DNA of 64,000 nucleotides from Cytophagales bacterium (GCA_038235275.1 JBBSUC010000029.1:4545-68544), one strand, 5' to 3'; shown: positions 1 to 10,649, counted from the stretch's first letter. Notes: generated from the sequence alone by a model not told the origin. A program made the numbers and translations.

Positions 1-9
1 AAAAATATA

Positions 10-231
10 ATGGATCGGATTCGATACTACGTGGAAGATCAGGCGTTTGGCGTGTGTGCTAAACTGGGGGAGAAGCTTAGTTTCTCGGCGAGCAGCATTC
101 GGTTGTACTTCATCTATGCCTCTTTCCTTACTTTCGGCTCGCCCATCATCATTTATTTGGTGCTGGCTTTTTGGATGGAAGTGCGCAAGCATTTGCGCCG
201 CCACCAAAGCCCCACTATTTGGGAATTTTAG
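10..231 (+). CDS. PspC-domain small membrane protein
   Basis: 73 aa. Sequence RIRYYVEDQAFGVCAKLGEKLSFSASSIRLYFIYASFLTFGSPIIIYLVLAFW matches the PspC-domain pattern (R..D..IaGVCgGla.....d...vRl.fvl) followed by a TM helix. Confidence 0.55.
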   Translation: MDRIRYYVEDQAFGVCAKLGEKLSFSASSIRLYFIYASFLTFGSPIIIYLVLAFWMEVRKHLRRHQSPTIWEF

Positions 232-255
232 CAGAAATTCTCTCTCAGGAAGATT

Positions 256-1251
256 TCAGGGTAGTTCGGAAAATTTTCTTTTTCCTTTCACAAAATACTC
301 CCACACCACGCTGTGGCGATAGAGACTGGCCTGCCGGGGTGGACGATTGCCGCGTTCGTTGAGCCGGGGCACCAGGCGATAAAAAGCAAAGTGCGCCCGC
401 ACGATGGCCCACACGTCGGGCCAGGCCCCGGCCATCATAAACCGCACACTCGAAATACCATCCAGTACTAGCCGCGCCAGCAGCACCCGTACCCGCTGCC
501 CGAGGGGCATATTTTTATAAATCATCATCAGGTTATTGCGGTAGTTCAGGAAGGTCTTGCGCGGGTTGGACTTGTGCAGCGTGCCGCCGCCTACGTGGTA
601 CACTTCGCTGCCGCCGCAGCAGACGATCCGCCACTTCCGATTGAGCAGCCGCCAGCAGAGGTCTATTTCCTCCATGTGAGCAAAGTACCGCTCGTCGAAC
701 CCCTTCGCTTCCCAAAAAGCCGTGGCCCGCACAAACAGGCAGGCCCCCGTGGCCCAGAAAACGTCTACGGTGGCGTCATACTGCCCGTGGTCGGCCTCGC
801 AGGTATCGAACAGACGGCCCCGGCTATACGGATAGCCTAAAAAATCCATGTAGCCGCCCGCTGCCCCGGCGTACTCAAAGTGTGTTCGATGGTTGAAGTC
901 CTTGATCTTTGGCTGGCAAGCGGCTACCCTCGGGTTAGCTTCCAGGTAATCCAGCATCGGCTCAACCCAGTTGGACGTCACCTCCACGTCAGAATTTAGT
1001 AGTACGTAGTAATCGGCCTCGATCCGGGAAAGGGCGTAATTGTAGCCTCCCGCATAACCCTTATTATCAGGAATGACCAGCACGCTTACGTCGGGCATTT
1101 CGCGCAACCACGTCAATGACTGGTCAGTAGAAGCGTTGTCGGCCACCCAAATTTTGCAGTTCGGGGAGAACTGCCGCACCGAAGGCAGGAATTGTTCCAG
1201 GTACCTCTGTCCGTTGTAATTGAGGATGACGATAGCAACCTGTTTCATCAA
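256..1251 (-). CDS. family 2 glycosyltransferase (GT-A fold)
   Basis: 331 aa. N-terminus VAIVILNYNGQRYLEQFLPSV and ADNASTDQS are a typical GT2 signature. A DxD-like SDVE motif is present. Confidence 0.85.
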   Translation of the reverse strand: MMKQVAIVILNYNGQRYLEQFLPSVRQFSPNCKIWVADNASTDQSLTWLREMPDVSVLVIPDNKGYAGGYNYALSRIEADYYVLLNSDVEVTSNWVEPMLDYLEANPRVAACQPKIKDFNHRTHFEYAGAAGGYMDFLGYPYSRGRLFDTCEADHGQYDATVDVFWATGACLFVRATAFWEAKGFDERYFAHMEEIDLCWRLLNRKWRIVCCGGSEVYHVGGGTLHKSNPRKTFLNYRNNLMMIYKNMPLGQRVRVLLARLVLDGISSVRFMMAGAWPDVWAIVRAHFAFYRLVPRLNERGNRPPRQASLYRHSVVWEYFVKGKRKFSELP

Positions 1252-1324
1252 AAGTGAAAAATCCGGTTCTATTGGCTGAAACCGGAAGTGGTAGCAAAGA
1301 GGGAAGAGATTTGAAGAAAATAAG

Positions 1325-1669
1325 CTACTTCATCAGGTTACCCAAATCCAGGCCCGGAATATTGGGCAGCATACCCTGCGTTGATTGCTGGAGGTGTTCT
1401 TTGATTTTAGGCTCGATGTTTTCCATAGCCTTGTTCATAGCCGCAACCACCAAATCTTGCAACATTTCCTTGTCCTCCGGTTTGATGAGATCATTATCTA
1501 TCTCTAAACCGATGATTTTTTTCTGACCATTGATGGTCACGCGCACGAGTCCCGCACCTGACTCTGCCGACTCAGTGATATTGCTCAACTGTTCCTGCGC
1601 TTCCTTCATGCGAGCCTGCAAGTCTTTCATCTTACCCATCATGCCCGATAGATCCATGTTTCCTAACAT
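1325..1669 (-). CDS. YbaB/EbfC family nucleoid-associated protein
   Basis: 114 aa. MLGNMDLSGMMGKMKDLQARMKEAQEQL... has the size and N-terminal motif typical of YbaB. Confidence 0.85.
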   Translation of the reverse strand: MLGNMDLSGMMGKMKDLQARMKEAQEQLSNITESAESGAGLVRVTINGQKKIIGLEIDNDLIKPEDKEMLQDLVVAAMNKAMENIEPKIKEHLQQSTQGMLPNIPGLDLGNLMK

Positions 1670-1770
1670 ATTTTTTTAATGGTGAATGGTGACGGGATGG
1701 CCCGTACCATGATGAACGATATTTTAGCCGAAAGCCCAAAGTCCACGGCCGATAGCCAAAGATAGCACCT

Positions 1771-3723
1771 TTACCGCAAAAGCATCACAGTACCCTTCTT
1801 GACAAAGTCCTTACCCGTGTTATCTCGGATGATGACTTTGTATACGTATGGGCCTTGCGGGGCGCGATCGCCGTTAATCGCGCCGTCCCAGCCCGTGCCG
1901 GGATCGGTAGTCTGAAAAATGGACTGCCCCCAGCGATTGTATATAATCATCTGGAAATTATCGTAGAAAGATCCGCTGGGCTTGAAAGTGTCGTTGATGC
2001 CGTCACTGTTGGGTGAAAAAGCATCGGGTAGGAATAGCGCGGCTTCGCGGCGAAAAAGAACCACGTTGGAATAACTTAGAAATGACCCATTTTTAGAACG
2101 TGAACGAATCTGATACTCGAACTCCTGCTCGTTGGGGTCGTCAAATTTCGGGTCGTAAATAAGGTTGGCACCGACGCCCGTCTCCGATGCCGACCCGCCT
2201 TTATTGAGTTTTACCACGAAATACCCGCCTACATCGTCGGTAAAGGGCGGATCTTCCGTCCATTTGATGAGTTGGCCTATATCCTTAAGGAAAATGGTGC
2301 AAATGGGCTTACTGGGTTCGGAGCGGTTTCCGCAGGCGTTTTCGTACAGAATGCGGTAACAGTAGGATCGTTCCGAAGTCTTGGCCTTTACGTCGGAGTA
2401 GCGATTAGTGTTCTCCGTGACGCCCACCTCCTGAAAGCCGGCTGTGACGTTGTCGGCCCGCTCGAAGATCATTTTGTAGGCGGGCGTGGTTCCCTGCGTG
2501 GGCGGAAAGGCCACCAGCGATACGCTGCCGTCCTGTTCCACGCTTACGATCGCCTGAGAAATAGTGCTGGGCTTCAGATCTGACTTGGCTGTGACCTCCA
2601 CTGGTGCCGACCGGGATTCGGCCTTCCCAACCGTGGCCACCAGCTGGTAGCGGTACGACACCCCACATTCGACATCGTTGTCCACATAGGAAATATCCTC
2701 GATTTTGGTAAATCTTTTGATCCGATTGCCATTGCGCAGTAGTTCGTAGCTTTTGAATTCCTGTGGCTGCGGGTACTGATTCCAGGTGAGGATGTTGCGC
2801 TCACTCTCGGCTTTCCCGTTCAGCACTACGGTGCATACTTCGTTGGATTCGGTCACGTTGCCGCAGGCATCGGTCGTACTCAGCTTGAGGCAATGTATTT
2901 GCCTGGGATCCAGAGATTGCAGGGTCAATTCCACATTACCCGTTTGGGAAGATTTTACTCCCGTCCCGACGTAGTTGCCTGACCCGGTTTTGACCATCAC
3001 CTCCACCTCAACTCCCCCCGCACTTTTGAAAGAAAGACCTACGGATCCGTCCGCTCGGGACTCCACCTGGCTAATGCTAATCTGGCTGTTCTGCTTACCG
3101 TTGATGGTCACCCGCAGCAAGGTTTTGTTACTGCCAAAACATCCTCCTGCGTTTTGGGTGTAGATTCCTCGGTAAAAAAGGATGCGGACCCCAGCGCCGA
3201 AGTAGTCGTGTTCTATCTCCAAAGCCCCGCCCTGATTGATGTATTCCGGGGCAGAGCCATCATTCCAGTCTACCTCGATCTGGTCGTATTGCTTGGAAAT
3301 GCTGTCGTCGGCAAAAATGAGCTTGACTTTTCCATCGGAACAGGGGACCGCCGTTATTTTGGGTGGAGTGCGGTCGCGCACGATTACCTCACGACAAAGA
3401 GTGATAGGACCCGCATTACTACTGCCTGCCTGTAGAATACGATATCTCCCGGGCTTATTGTAAGTGAATTGAGTGGCCTGAGGTAGGGATGACAGCGTTT
3501 CACCCTTATAATCGAAAACGAAACCTATATTATCAGCTCCGCTTACTGTATTCGCCACTTCCACTGTAAATGGTGCGCAGCCAATGAGCGGGTCAGTGCC
3601 TGTGGTCCCATTAATGGAGAATCCCCCTCCTCCCGCTTTGCACAAATCCTGCGCCGTAGTCACCGACCCCATTCCGGCAATCATCCACAGTAGCCAGCCC
3701 CAGCGGAATTCGCAATGTAACAT
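1771..3723 (-). CDS. secreted protein with T9SS type-B (gliding motility-associated) C-terminal sorting domain
   Basis: C-terminus LFLPDAFSPNSDGINDTFKP...RWGQSIF...GWDG matches the CHU_C/T9SS C-terminal domain. Start placed at the internal Met (MLHCEFRWGWLLWMIAGMGSVTTAQ) that gives a signal peptide. The ORF extends upstream to 3828. Confidence 0.7.
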   Translation of the reverse strand: MLHCEFRWGWLLWMIAGMGSVTTAQDLCKAGGGGFSINGTTGTDPLIGCAPFTVEVANTVSGADNIGFVFDYKGETLSSLPQATQFTYNKPGRYRILQAGSSNAGPITLCREVIVRDRTPPKITAVPCSDGKVKLIFADDSISKQYDQIEVDWNDGSAPEYINQGGALEIEHDYFGAGVRILFYRGIYTQNAGGCFGSNKTLLRVTINGKQNSQISISQVESRADGSVGLSFKSAGGVEVEVMVKTGSGNYVGTGVKSSQTGNVELTLQSLDPRQIHCLKLSTTDACGNVTESNEVCTVVLNGKAESERNILTWNQYPQPQEFKSYELLRNGNRIKRFTKIEDISYVDNDVECGVSYRYQLVATVGKAESRSAPVEVTAKSDLKPSTISQAIVSVEQDGSVSLVAFPPTQGTTPAYKMIFERADNVTAGFQEVGVTENTNRYSDVKAKTSERSYCYRILYENACGNRSEPSKPICTIFLKDIGQLIKWTEDPPFTDDVGGYFVVKLNKGGSASETGVGANLIYDPKFDDPNEQEFEYQIRSRSKNGSFLSYSNVVLFRREAALFLPDAFSPNSDGINDTFKPSGSFYDNFQMIIYNRWGQSIFQTTDPGTGWDGAINGDRAPQGPYVYKVIIRDNTGKDFVKKGTVMLLR

Positions 3724-3918
3724 TCTTATTCTGAGTAAATTTTGTTTCAAAATCGCCTGAAAAATAATTTGTTGCCGCGCGAAATGGGTTCGGAACGAAA
3801 CGGAAGGTCGTGAACCTTTGTTTCCCAAAGATCGAAGGTAAAGCTTTCCAAAGGAAGGGTTTACCTTTACGACTTACAACGCCCTGAGCGGCGAAACTAT
3901 TTTTCATCGAATGTACTA

Positions 3919-5196
3919 ATGAGCAATAATAATACCAAAATCCGTCTTGACTCCGTCGAAGATGCCATTGCGGATATAAAAGCGGGCAAGTTGATTATCG
4001 TCGTGGACGACGAAGATCGTGAGAATGAAGGCGATATGATCGGTGCCTCCCAAACGATCACTCCCGAACTTGTCAACCTTATGGCCCGCGAAGGGCGTGG
4101 CCTCATCTGCGTGTCGCTGACCGAAGAGCGCTGCCACGAACTGGGTCTCGACATGATGGTGCAGATCAACACGGCGGCCCACGAAACGGCCTTCACCGTG
4201 TCGGTGGATTTATTGGGCCACGGCTGTACGACGGGCATTTCGGCCTCCGACCGCGCCCAAACGATCCGTGCCCTGGTAAATCCCGATACCAAGGCAGAAG
4301 ACTTGGGTCGCCCCGGCCATATTTTCCCCCTGAAAGCCAAGGAGGGCGGCGTGCTGCGTCGCAGCGGCCACACCGAGGCCTCGCTCGACTTTGCCCGACT
4401 GGCCGGATTGACGCCCTCGGGCGTGCTGATCGAAGTCCTGAACGAGGATGGCTCGATGGCCCGGCTGCCCGAATTGCGCGTAATTGCCGACCGCCTGGAT
4501 ATGAAGTTGGTGACGATCAAGGATTTGATAGCCTACCGCTTGCGGGAGGAATCACTCATTAAGCGCGAAATTGGCGTGGATCTGCCTACCGAATGGGGGC
4601 ATTTCGACCTGATCGCTTACCGACAGCTCAACACCAACGAATTGCATCTGGCCCTGGTAAAAGGTACTTGGGAACCGGACGAGCCCGTGCTGGTACGCGT
4701 CCACTCTTCCTGCGTGACGGGCGACATTTTCGGCTCCTGCCGCTGTGACTGCGGTGGCCAACTCCACGCTGCCATGGATATGGTGGACAAAGCCGGGAAA
4801 GGCGTTGTCGTTTATATGAACCAGGAGGGGCGCGGGATCGGTCTTTTGAACAAACTGAAAGCTTACAAATTACAGGAAATGGGCCGCGACACCGTAGAGG
4901 CCAACCTCGAACTGGGCCTACCGATGGACGCCCGCGACTACGGCGTGGGGGCGCAGATTCTGCGGGATTTGGGTGTTTCCAAAATAAAACTGATTTCCAA
5001 TAATCCCAAGAAGCGCGTCGGTTTGATGGGCTACGGGTTGGAAATCGTAGATACGATCGGGATCGAAATTGCTTCCAATCCGTACAATGAAAAGTACCTG
5101 CTTACCAAGCGCGATAAGATGGGGCATAGTCTGCTCAACTTGTCTGCTAACGGGTTCAAAGGTGAGGCGGGACGCCCCGAGGCGTTAAAAGGTTAA
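3919..5196 (+). CDS. ribBA: bifunctional 3,4-dihydroxy-2-butanone-4-phosphate synthase / GTP cyclohydrolase II
   Basis: 425 aa. The N-terminal half is RibB-like ([10 protein letters not shown]...HTEA). The C-terminal half is GTP cyclohydrolase II (CDCGGQL zinc motif, NQEGRGIGL). Confidence 0.9.
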   Translation: MSNNNTKIRLDSVEDAIADIKAGKLIIVVDDEDRENEGDMIGASQTITPELVNLMAREGRGLICVSLTEERCHELGLDMMVQINTAAHETAFTVSVDLLGHGCTTGISASDRAQTIRALVNPDTKAEDLGRPGHIFPLKAKEGGVLRRSGHTEASLDFARLAGLTPSGVLIEVLNEDGSMARLPELRVIADRLDMKLVTIKDLIAYRLREESLIKREIGVDLPTEWGHFDLIAYRQLNTNELHLALVKGTWEPDEPVLVRVHSSCVTGDIFGSCRCDCGGQLHAAMDMVDKAGKGVVVYMNQEGRGIGLLNKLKAYKLQEMGRDTVEANLELGLPMDARDYGVGAQILRDLGVSKIKLISNNPKKRVGLMGYGLEIVDTIGIEIASNPYNEKYLLTKRDKMGHSLLNLSANGFKGEAGRPEALKG

Positions 5197-5274
5197 AGGT
5201 TAGCGGTAGACGGTTTCAAAATGATTGTCGTATCCGTTACTACCCTTCAAAAAATTTGGATAGTTTTTTTTAAA

Positions 5275-5703
5275 ATGACTTCAATTCAAATTGCTAATTC
5301 TGACGCGGACATTTTGAAATGCCGCCGGGCGGTGCAGGCTTTGCGGCCTTTGCTGGTCGATGCCGTGTATGAGGAAGCAGTGCAGCGGACTTTGGCGGAT
5401 AACCGACAGATGATTTTTGTGGAAGAAAACGGCGAGGCCGTCGCCGTAGCGGTGTTCGAGACGGGCTACAACCTTTACCGGGGCAAATACATCTATGTAG
5501 ACGATCTTTCGACCCTGTCCGAAGCGCGGGGCAAGGGCTACGCCGGGCAACTCCTCGGCTGGATCATCGAATACGCTCGCCTCGAAGGATTCGACGAAGT
5601 GCATCTCGACTCAGGTGTGAGCGAAGCCCGTACCGATGCCCACCGCCTGTACCTCAACAAGCGGATGCAGGTCACGAGCCTGCACTTTGCGCTTAAAGTG
5701 TAA
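5275..5703 (+). CDS. GNAT family N-acetyltransferase
   Basis: Acetyl-CoA binding signature RGKGYAGQLL is present, with GNAT size. Start moved to internal Met MTSIQIAN; the ORF extends upstream to 5221. Confidence 0.7.
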   Translation: MTSIQIANSDADILKCRRAVQALRPLLVDAVYEEAVQRTLADNRQMIFVEENGEAVAVAVFETGYNLYRGKYIYVDDLSTLSEARGKGYAGQLLGWIIEYARLEGFDEVHLDSGVSEARTDAHRLYLNKRMQVTSLHFALKV

Positions 5704-5728
5704 ACTACCTGTCGCCCGTGTTTGATTT

Positions 5729-6559
5729 ATGGCAGAAGTTCTCCTGAACCGCCGCGAAAAATGGATTGAACGCACGGGGCAAATTGGCCTGGTGGCTATC
5801 GGAACGGTGTACGTGCTGGTCGGTACGCTCACTTTTGCCAGCGCGGTCGATTTCAGCGGCGAAGGGAACAAGGGCAAAATCTCCCAAATATTGCAATGGG
5901 TTCAGGACCAGATTTTCGGGCAAATCCTGCTGGCCATCATCACCCTCGGCCTACTTTGTTACACGGTGTGGCGGCTCATCGAGGCTATACTCGATACCGA
6001 TAACAAGGGAAACGGTCTGCATGGCTTGGCGTTGCGGGCTTCGTACCTTTCTTATGGTGGGGTGTACGGGGCGCTGACTTACTACGCCGCCCGCTTATTA
6101 CTCAGTCAGAGCGGGGGCAGCGCACCGCCTCCCGAGAAAGACACCCGTGAAACCGTAGCCCAAAGCTTGCTCGAACTTCCTTATGGACAGTGGTTGGTGG
6201 CGGCTTTCGCACTGGGTACGGCGGGCGTGGGCGTCTTTCAACTTTATCTGGCCCTATCGGGGACCTACCGATCTATAATTGAAGAAGAAAGAATCGACAC
6301 CCGCGCCAAGGAAATCCTGATTCGTTCGGGCCAAATCGGCTACGTGGCCCGCGCCGTGGTGTGGCTCATCATCGGTTATTTTCTGCTGCTGGCCGCCATT
6401 CGTTCCGACTCCCGCGCGGCGGGTAATTCCCAAACCGCCCTCAACTTCCTCGAGTACCAGTACGGTACCTTGACGCTGGCCACCGTGTCGCTCGGCCTGG
6501 TGTGCTACGGAATTTTCCAGTTTGCCAGGGCGAAGTACCAGCCGATTGTGAAGAAATAA
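5729..6559 (+). CDS. DUF1206 domain membrane protein
   Basis: 276 aa. Repeated GxxxKGxVY/GYxARAVVWLIIGY membrane segments are typical of DUF1206. It is a tandem paralog of the next gene. Confidence 0.7.
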   Translation: MAEVLLNRREKWIERTGQIGLVAIGTVYVLVGTLTFASAVDFSGEGNKGKISQILQWVQDQIFGQILLAIITLGLLCYTVWRLIEAILDTDNKGNGLHGLALRASYLSYGGVYGALTYYAARLLLSQSGGSAPPPEKDTRETVAQSLLELPYGQWLVAAFALGTAGVGVFQLYLALSGTYRSIIEEERIDTRAKEILIRSGQIGYVARAVVWLIIGYFLLLAAIRSDSRAAGNSQTALNFLEYQYGTLTLATVSLGLVCYGIFQFARAKYQPIVKK

Positions 6560-6620
6560 CGAGGGGGGTAGGCACAGTTTTAGTACGCTTGAACGGTTAT
6601 TTCAACCGCTTTACACTAAA

Positions 6621-7439
6621 ATGGCTTCTTCTACCTCTGCCAAAGACCGCTGGATCGAAATTGCTGCCCGTGTGGGCCTGACGGCCAAAGGTTTCGTCTA
6701 TTCCCTGATCGGCATCCTTACTTTCATGGCAGCCTTCGAGTTGGGCAGCGGTGACGACAAGGGAGGCAAGTCCCAAGCCCTGCAATGGATCGAAGAGCAG
6801 CCCTTTGGGCAAGTCCTGCTAGGTCTGACTGCCCTCGGGCTGCTATGTTATAGCATCTGGCGATTAATCCAGGCTTTTCTTGATACCGAGGACAAAGGAA
6901 GTGACATGAAAGGTCTGGCCGTACGGGGACGGTACCTATTCAGCGGCTTGGTGTACTGCGCTTCCGCTTTTTACGCTGCTAAGCTACTGTTCGGTAACGG
7001 CTCGGACGAAGGCAGCGGCGACACGCGCGAAACGATCGTCCAAAAATTACTGGAACAGCCCTTCGGCCAATGGCTTGTGGGAGTTGTTGCGGCGGGCGTA
7101 ATGGCCGTCGGAGTGTACCAAATTTACTACGCTCTTTCTGAAAAGCATCGCAAGAAAATTCAGGAGTCGAAGCTGGATAACAGAGTAAGGGAAACACTGC
7201 TGGCGTCTGGCAAAGTGGGCTATATTGCACGAGGTATTGTATGGCTGCTTATCGGCTATTTATTCCTGCAGGCCGCCCTACAGGCTGACTCCGACGAGGC
7301 GGGCGGCTCCAATTCCGCTTTCAGCTTCCTGGAACAGCAGTGGGGTTCATGGGTTTTGGCCGTGGTGGCATTGGGGCTTTTGTGCTACGGAATCTTTACG
7401 TTCCTCCGGGCGCGGTACCAGCCCGTCAGTACGCGTTGA
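6621..7439 (+). CDS. DUF1206 domain membrane protein (tandem paralog)
   Basis: 272 aa. Collinear similarity to 5729..6559 (RWIE..G..A.G.VY.L.G.LTF, ...YQP). Confidence 0.7.
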   Translation: MASSTSAKDRWIEIAARVGLTAKGFVYSLIGILTFMAAFELGSGDDKGGKSQALQWIEEQPFGQVLLGLTALGLLCYSIWRLIQAFLDTEDKGSDMKGLAVRGRYLFSGLVYCASAFYAAKLLFGNGSDEGSGDTRETIVQKLLEQPFGQWLVGVVAAGVMAVGVYQIYYALSEKHRKKIQESKLDNRVRETLLASGKVGYIARGIVWLLIGYLFLQAALQADSDEAGGSNSAFSFLEQQWGSWVLAVVALGLLCYGIFTFLRARYQPVSTR

Positions 7440-7556
7440 TCAGTTCTTCGTTCAGCCGCAGCGACTTATACCATTCGTAGTTGGAAAATAAAAATCTCCG
7501 TGGGCAACCCTGCGGGGATTTTTGGCATTACTGGTGTCGAAGGCGGTCAAAGCCTG

Positions 7557-8144
7557 ATGTCTTTAAATACCATTATCCACCGTCAATTGTCCACTCAAAA
7601 AGAAGTCGTCCGCCAGTGCCAACGGGAAAATCCCTTCGCCCAAAAGCGATTATACGATCGCTACGCGAATCGGCTTTACCGCCTTGTCTGCCGCTACGTG
7701 TCCAACTCGATGGAAACGGAGGAGGTGTTGATGAACGGTTTTTTGAAAATCTTCAAAGCCATTGTCACCTTCGAGTACCGCAGCGACGACGAACTGGAAG
7801 TGTAGATGAAGCGCATCGTGGTCAACGAAGCCTTGATGTACCTGCGGAAGACGAAGAAAGAGCAATGGCTTTTTGCCGATACGGATTTGGAAGAAACTAC
7901 CCTTGCCGCCCAGCCCACCACCGCCGAAGGCGACCTCCACGCCGAGGGAATTCACGAGCTGATTCTGCACTTGCCCGACGGCTATCGGACGGTTTTCTGC
8001 CTCCACGCGCTGGAAGGATACACGCATCAGGAAATAGGGGCGATGCTGAACATCAGCGAGAACACCTCGAAATCACAGCTTAGCAAAGCCCGCGCGGCCT
8101 TGCAGAAATTATTGGTCAAGCACGGATACCATTATGAAAGATAA
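7557..8144 (+). pseudogene. ECF-type RNA polymerase sigma-70 factor interrupted by in-frame TAG
   Basis: Sigma region 2 (FAQKRLYDRYANRLYRLVCRYV) lies in ORF 7500..7805. Region 4 with HTH (GYTHQEIGAMLNISENTSKSQLSKARAALQ) lies in ORF 7806..8144. Both are in the same frame, separated only by TAG at 7803-7805. The junction reads ELEV*MKRIVVNEALMYLRK, where W (TGG) would be expected. Confidence 0.6.
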
Positions 8145-8820
8145 CGAACTGGACGACCTCTTCCGCCACAACGCGGACTACCTCGCCGACGAGCCACCCC
8201 GCGACTTCGACAAGGACGCCTTTTGGCAGCAGTTGCAAACGGAATTACCCAAAAAGGCGGACCACCGGAAAAAACTAGCCGCCTGGTGGTGGGCGGCTGC
8301 TTCGGTGCTACTGGCCGGGATGCTTGGCGGCATCTGGTGGATGCAATCGGGGGGGGTAGAAAAGAAGTTGGCGAATAAAGTCGAAGTAAAAACGTCGCCG
8401 GAACAAATCGCAGAAGATTCAGTGCCGAGAATGGCGATTACTATTCTCCATAAAAAGGACAACCGTAGTCCTATTTCTGAGCGAGGAAACCCAGACAAAA
8501 AACTTCTTGCAAAAAATGAAAAGGTAACGCTTCATTCGCCGCTTCCCGCCATAGAAGAAATCAAGGTACAATTAATAGAAATGACAACTACCGAAAAGCC
8601 ACTCTTACTTGAAAATGAAACGAATTTCCCGGAAGTGATCGCCCCGGCGATTTCCAAAAAGCAAGTGTACCGCGTGGTGCATATTAACGAGATAAGGCAG
8701 CGTAAGCAGCAAGAAGCTAAAGCGCGCTCGCGGGTGGCGTTTCAAATCGGGATACCCGTTCCGCCGGAACCGGAACCGTACGAAGGTGAGTTTTCGCTCT
8801 CTATTTCTATTCCTCATTAA
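8134..8820 (+). CDS. putative anti-sigma factor (single-pass membrane protein)
   Basis: Its start overlaps the stop of the ECF sigma gene. One TM helix (LAAWWWAAASVLLAGMLGGIWW) follows a cytoplasmic N-terminus. The call rests on position and architecture only. Confidence 0.45.
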   Translation: MKDNELDDLFRHNADYLADEPPRDFDKDAFWQQLQTELPKKADHRKKLAAWWWAAASVLLAGMLGGIWWMQSGGVEKKLANKVEVKTSPEQIAEDSVPRMAITILHKKDNRSPISERGNPDKKLLAKNEKVTLHSPLPAIEEIKVQLIEMTTTEKPLLLENETNFPEVIAPAISKKQVYRVVHINEIRQRKQQEAKARSRVAFQIGIPVPPEPEPYEGEFSLSISIPH

Positions 8821-8853
8821 CCTACCCCGTAACCAGCCCCAAAATTTTCTACC

Positions 8854-9918
8854 ATGAAAAAGCTAATTATCTGCACCGCTCTCTTGTGGGGGAGCGTCAC
8901 GGGACTCCTTTTTGCCCAAAAATCGGCTACCTACCCATTTACTGGCAGCTACAAGAGTCTGTTAAAATCGGCCTCTCTGGAAGTCAAACTAGGCAAAGGC
9001 AATGTGCTCCTACTACTCAGCCGGGATTATGAACAGTCAAAAATGCTGCAACAGCCCGACTCGCTGGTGCGAATGTTCTGGAATGAATACGGGGAAATAT
9101 TAAATAATCTGCCGGACAATACCGACGTAACCGCAGTCCATTACGTACTCGGTCGGGAAGAAGAACCTTACATCCTTTGGCGCAAGTACCCGGCATCGGT
9201 CGCGGAGTACGCCGTTCTGGGGCAGGAACTAGTCCGGGTGAAATCAGTGCAGGATACTTTGCATATCACCGTGCAGGAAGCGGACAAACAAGAAGCCGAT
9301 CTGTATCTGCTCATCAACGACTTGCGTGATATACCACTACTGTTTGACGAAATAAATCTCAAAACCGCTTCTCTGCGCATGGCGCTCGAAGAAAAAGTCA
9401 AGGCTCGCAAACTGGCCCGCGCTCCGCAGGTGTTTGCCAGTTATCGCGACGACCGAAATTTGAAGTATGATCTGGGTTCCAATCGGCTCATTATTTCCCT
9501 TGCTATGAGCCTTGGGTATAATTGGGGCGGCTGGTCCACGGCTTATAGCGGCGATTTTACTTACCAAATCGAAGGTTCGCGGCTTGGACCTCGGATCGGG
9601 ATCTCCACTCAGCAATTCTACGGAAAAAATCCCGAGGGTAAGACGCAAGTTTACGAACAGGAATTCTTTCTGCTCGGGGTAACTCAGTTTTCAAGACCTA
9701 AAACAAACGACAACCGAGGCGAACCCACCCGACAGATCAGTCATTTAACAGCAGGTTTTCTGCTCGACCAGAACGGTGGGTACTACGAGCCAAATACTTA
9801 TCGGATAGCGATCGGGTTCAATATCATTCCCAGAATTAGTGTAGAAACGGAATGGTATTATACCGGGTTTTTACAAAATGTAAATTATGGTTTACGCGTA
9901 GCCGTGGGAATCTTCTAA
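8854..9918 (+). CDS. hypothetical secreted/outer-membrane protein
   Basis: Signal peptide MKKLIICTALLWGSVTGLLFAQ. Beta-rich C-terminus ending in aromatic F (VAVGIF), as in OM beta-barrels. Confidence 0.45.
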   Translation: MKKLIICTALLWGSVTGLLFAQKSATYPFTGSYKSLLKSASLEVKLGKGNVLLLLSRDYEQSKMLQQPDSLVRMFWNEYGEILNNLPDNTDVTAVHYVLGREEEPYILWRKYPASVAEYAVLGQELVRVKSVQDTLHITVQEADKQEADLYLLINDLRDIPLLFDEINLKTASLRMALEEKVKARKLARAPQVFASYRDDRNLKYDLGSNRLIISLAMSLGYNWGGWSTAYSGDFTYQIEGSRLGPRIGISTQQFYGKNPEGKTQVYEQEFFLLGVTQFSRPKTNDNRGEPTRQISHLTAGFLLDQNGGYYEPNTYRIAIGFNIIPRISVETEWYYTGFLQNVNYGLRVAVGIF

Positions 9919-9967
9919 CCGATACTGCCACTTCCCGGAAGCTCCAGCCTTTCGGGAAGTTCGCTTA

Positions 9968-10563
9968 CTACGAAGGCGGCAAAATATCCTCCTCCTCCAA
10001 GATAGTTTGCAGACAAAAGCTATACTCCCCAAAAAGTACCGCGTCGTCGGTCCACTCGAAGATTTCCATCCGTCGGTTGGGGCGCAGCAACAGGATTTTG
10101 CGGCTTTCGGTCAGAACCCAGGCGACGCCCTCTACGCCGAACTCGATTAGTTTCTCGGATTTCTGAACGATGTAAGCCATGTCTGATCCGGCGGGTGGAT
10201 TGTAGGTGTAGTTCGTGAGGTCAATTTTTATATTGACTTCGATGATGAAGTTGGGCGGGGTGTGATTATAATCAAGGGAGGGGGATTTAGGATTTTGCTT
10301 TTTTCAACGACAGCAATATCGTTCACCAAGGTTTCATCTTCATTCCCGTATTGTCCGGTCTCGTAGATGGGACACCAATATTTCTTTTTGGACAGGATTG
10401 TTTTTAAATGAAATAAAATCGCCGAAACTATCAGGCCTAGCAGAAAATTATTAGGCAGGATTTCACCCTCATTTCTCAACCCCAGCAGTACGTCGCGGTA
10501 GCCCCGGCGATAGTATTTCCGGCCACCGAACTCTTCGTAGAGCAGCGTCTTAGGAATTTGCAC
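9968..10563 (-). pseudogene. hypothetical protein, apparently frameshifted (two ORFs 9968..10180 and 10228..10563)
   Basis: The reading frame of the downstream ORF (MAYIVQ...) stays open upstream of its ATG, past the stop of the 111-aa ORF. The frame change coincides with a C5/G5 homopolymer near 10265-10275. No family recognised. Confidence 0.3.
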
Positions 10564-10649
10564 GGTGATGGTCTACATGAGCGGGTCTCTTTTTCAAAAA
10601 AACTTTTTTCTCGCTGTACGCTCACGGTTAGACGCAATAAATCGCATCT

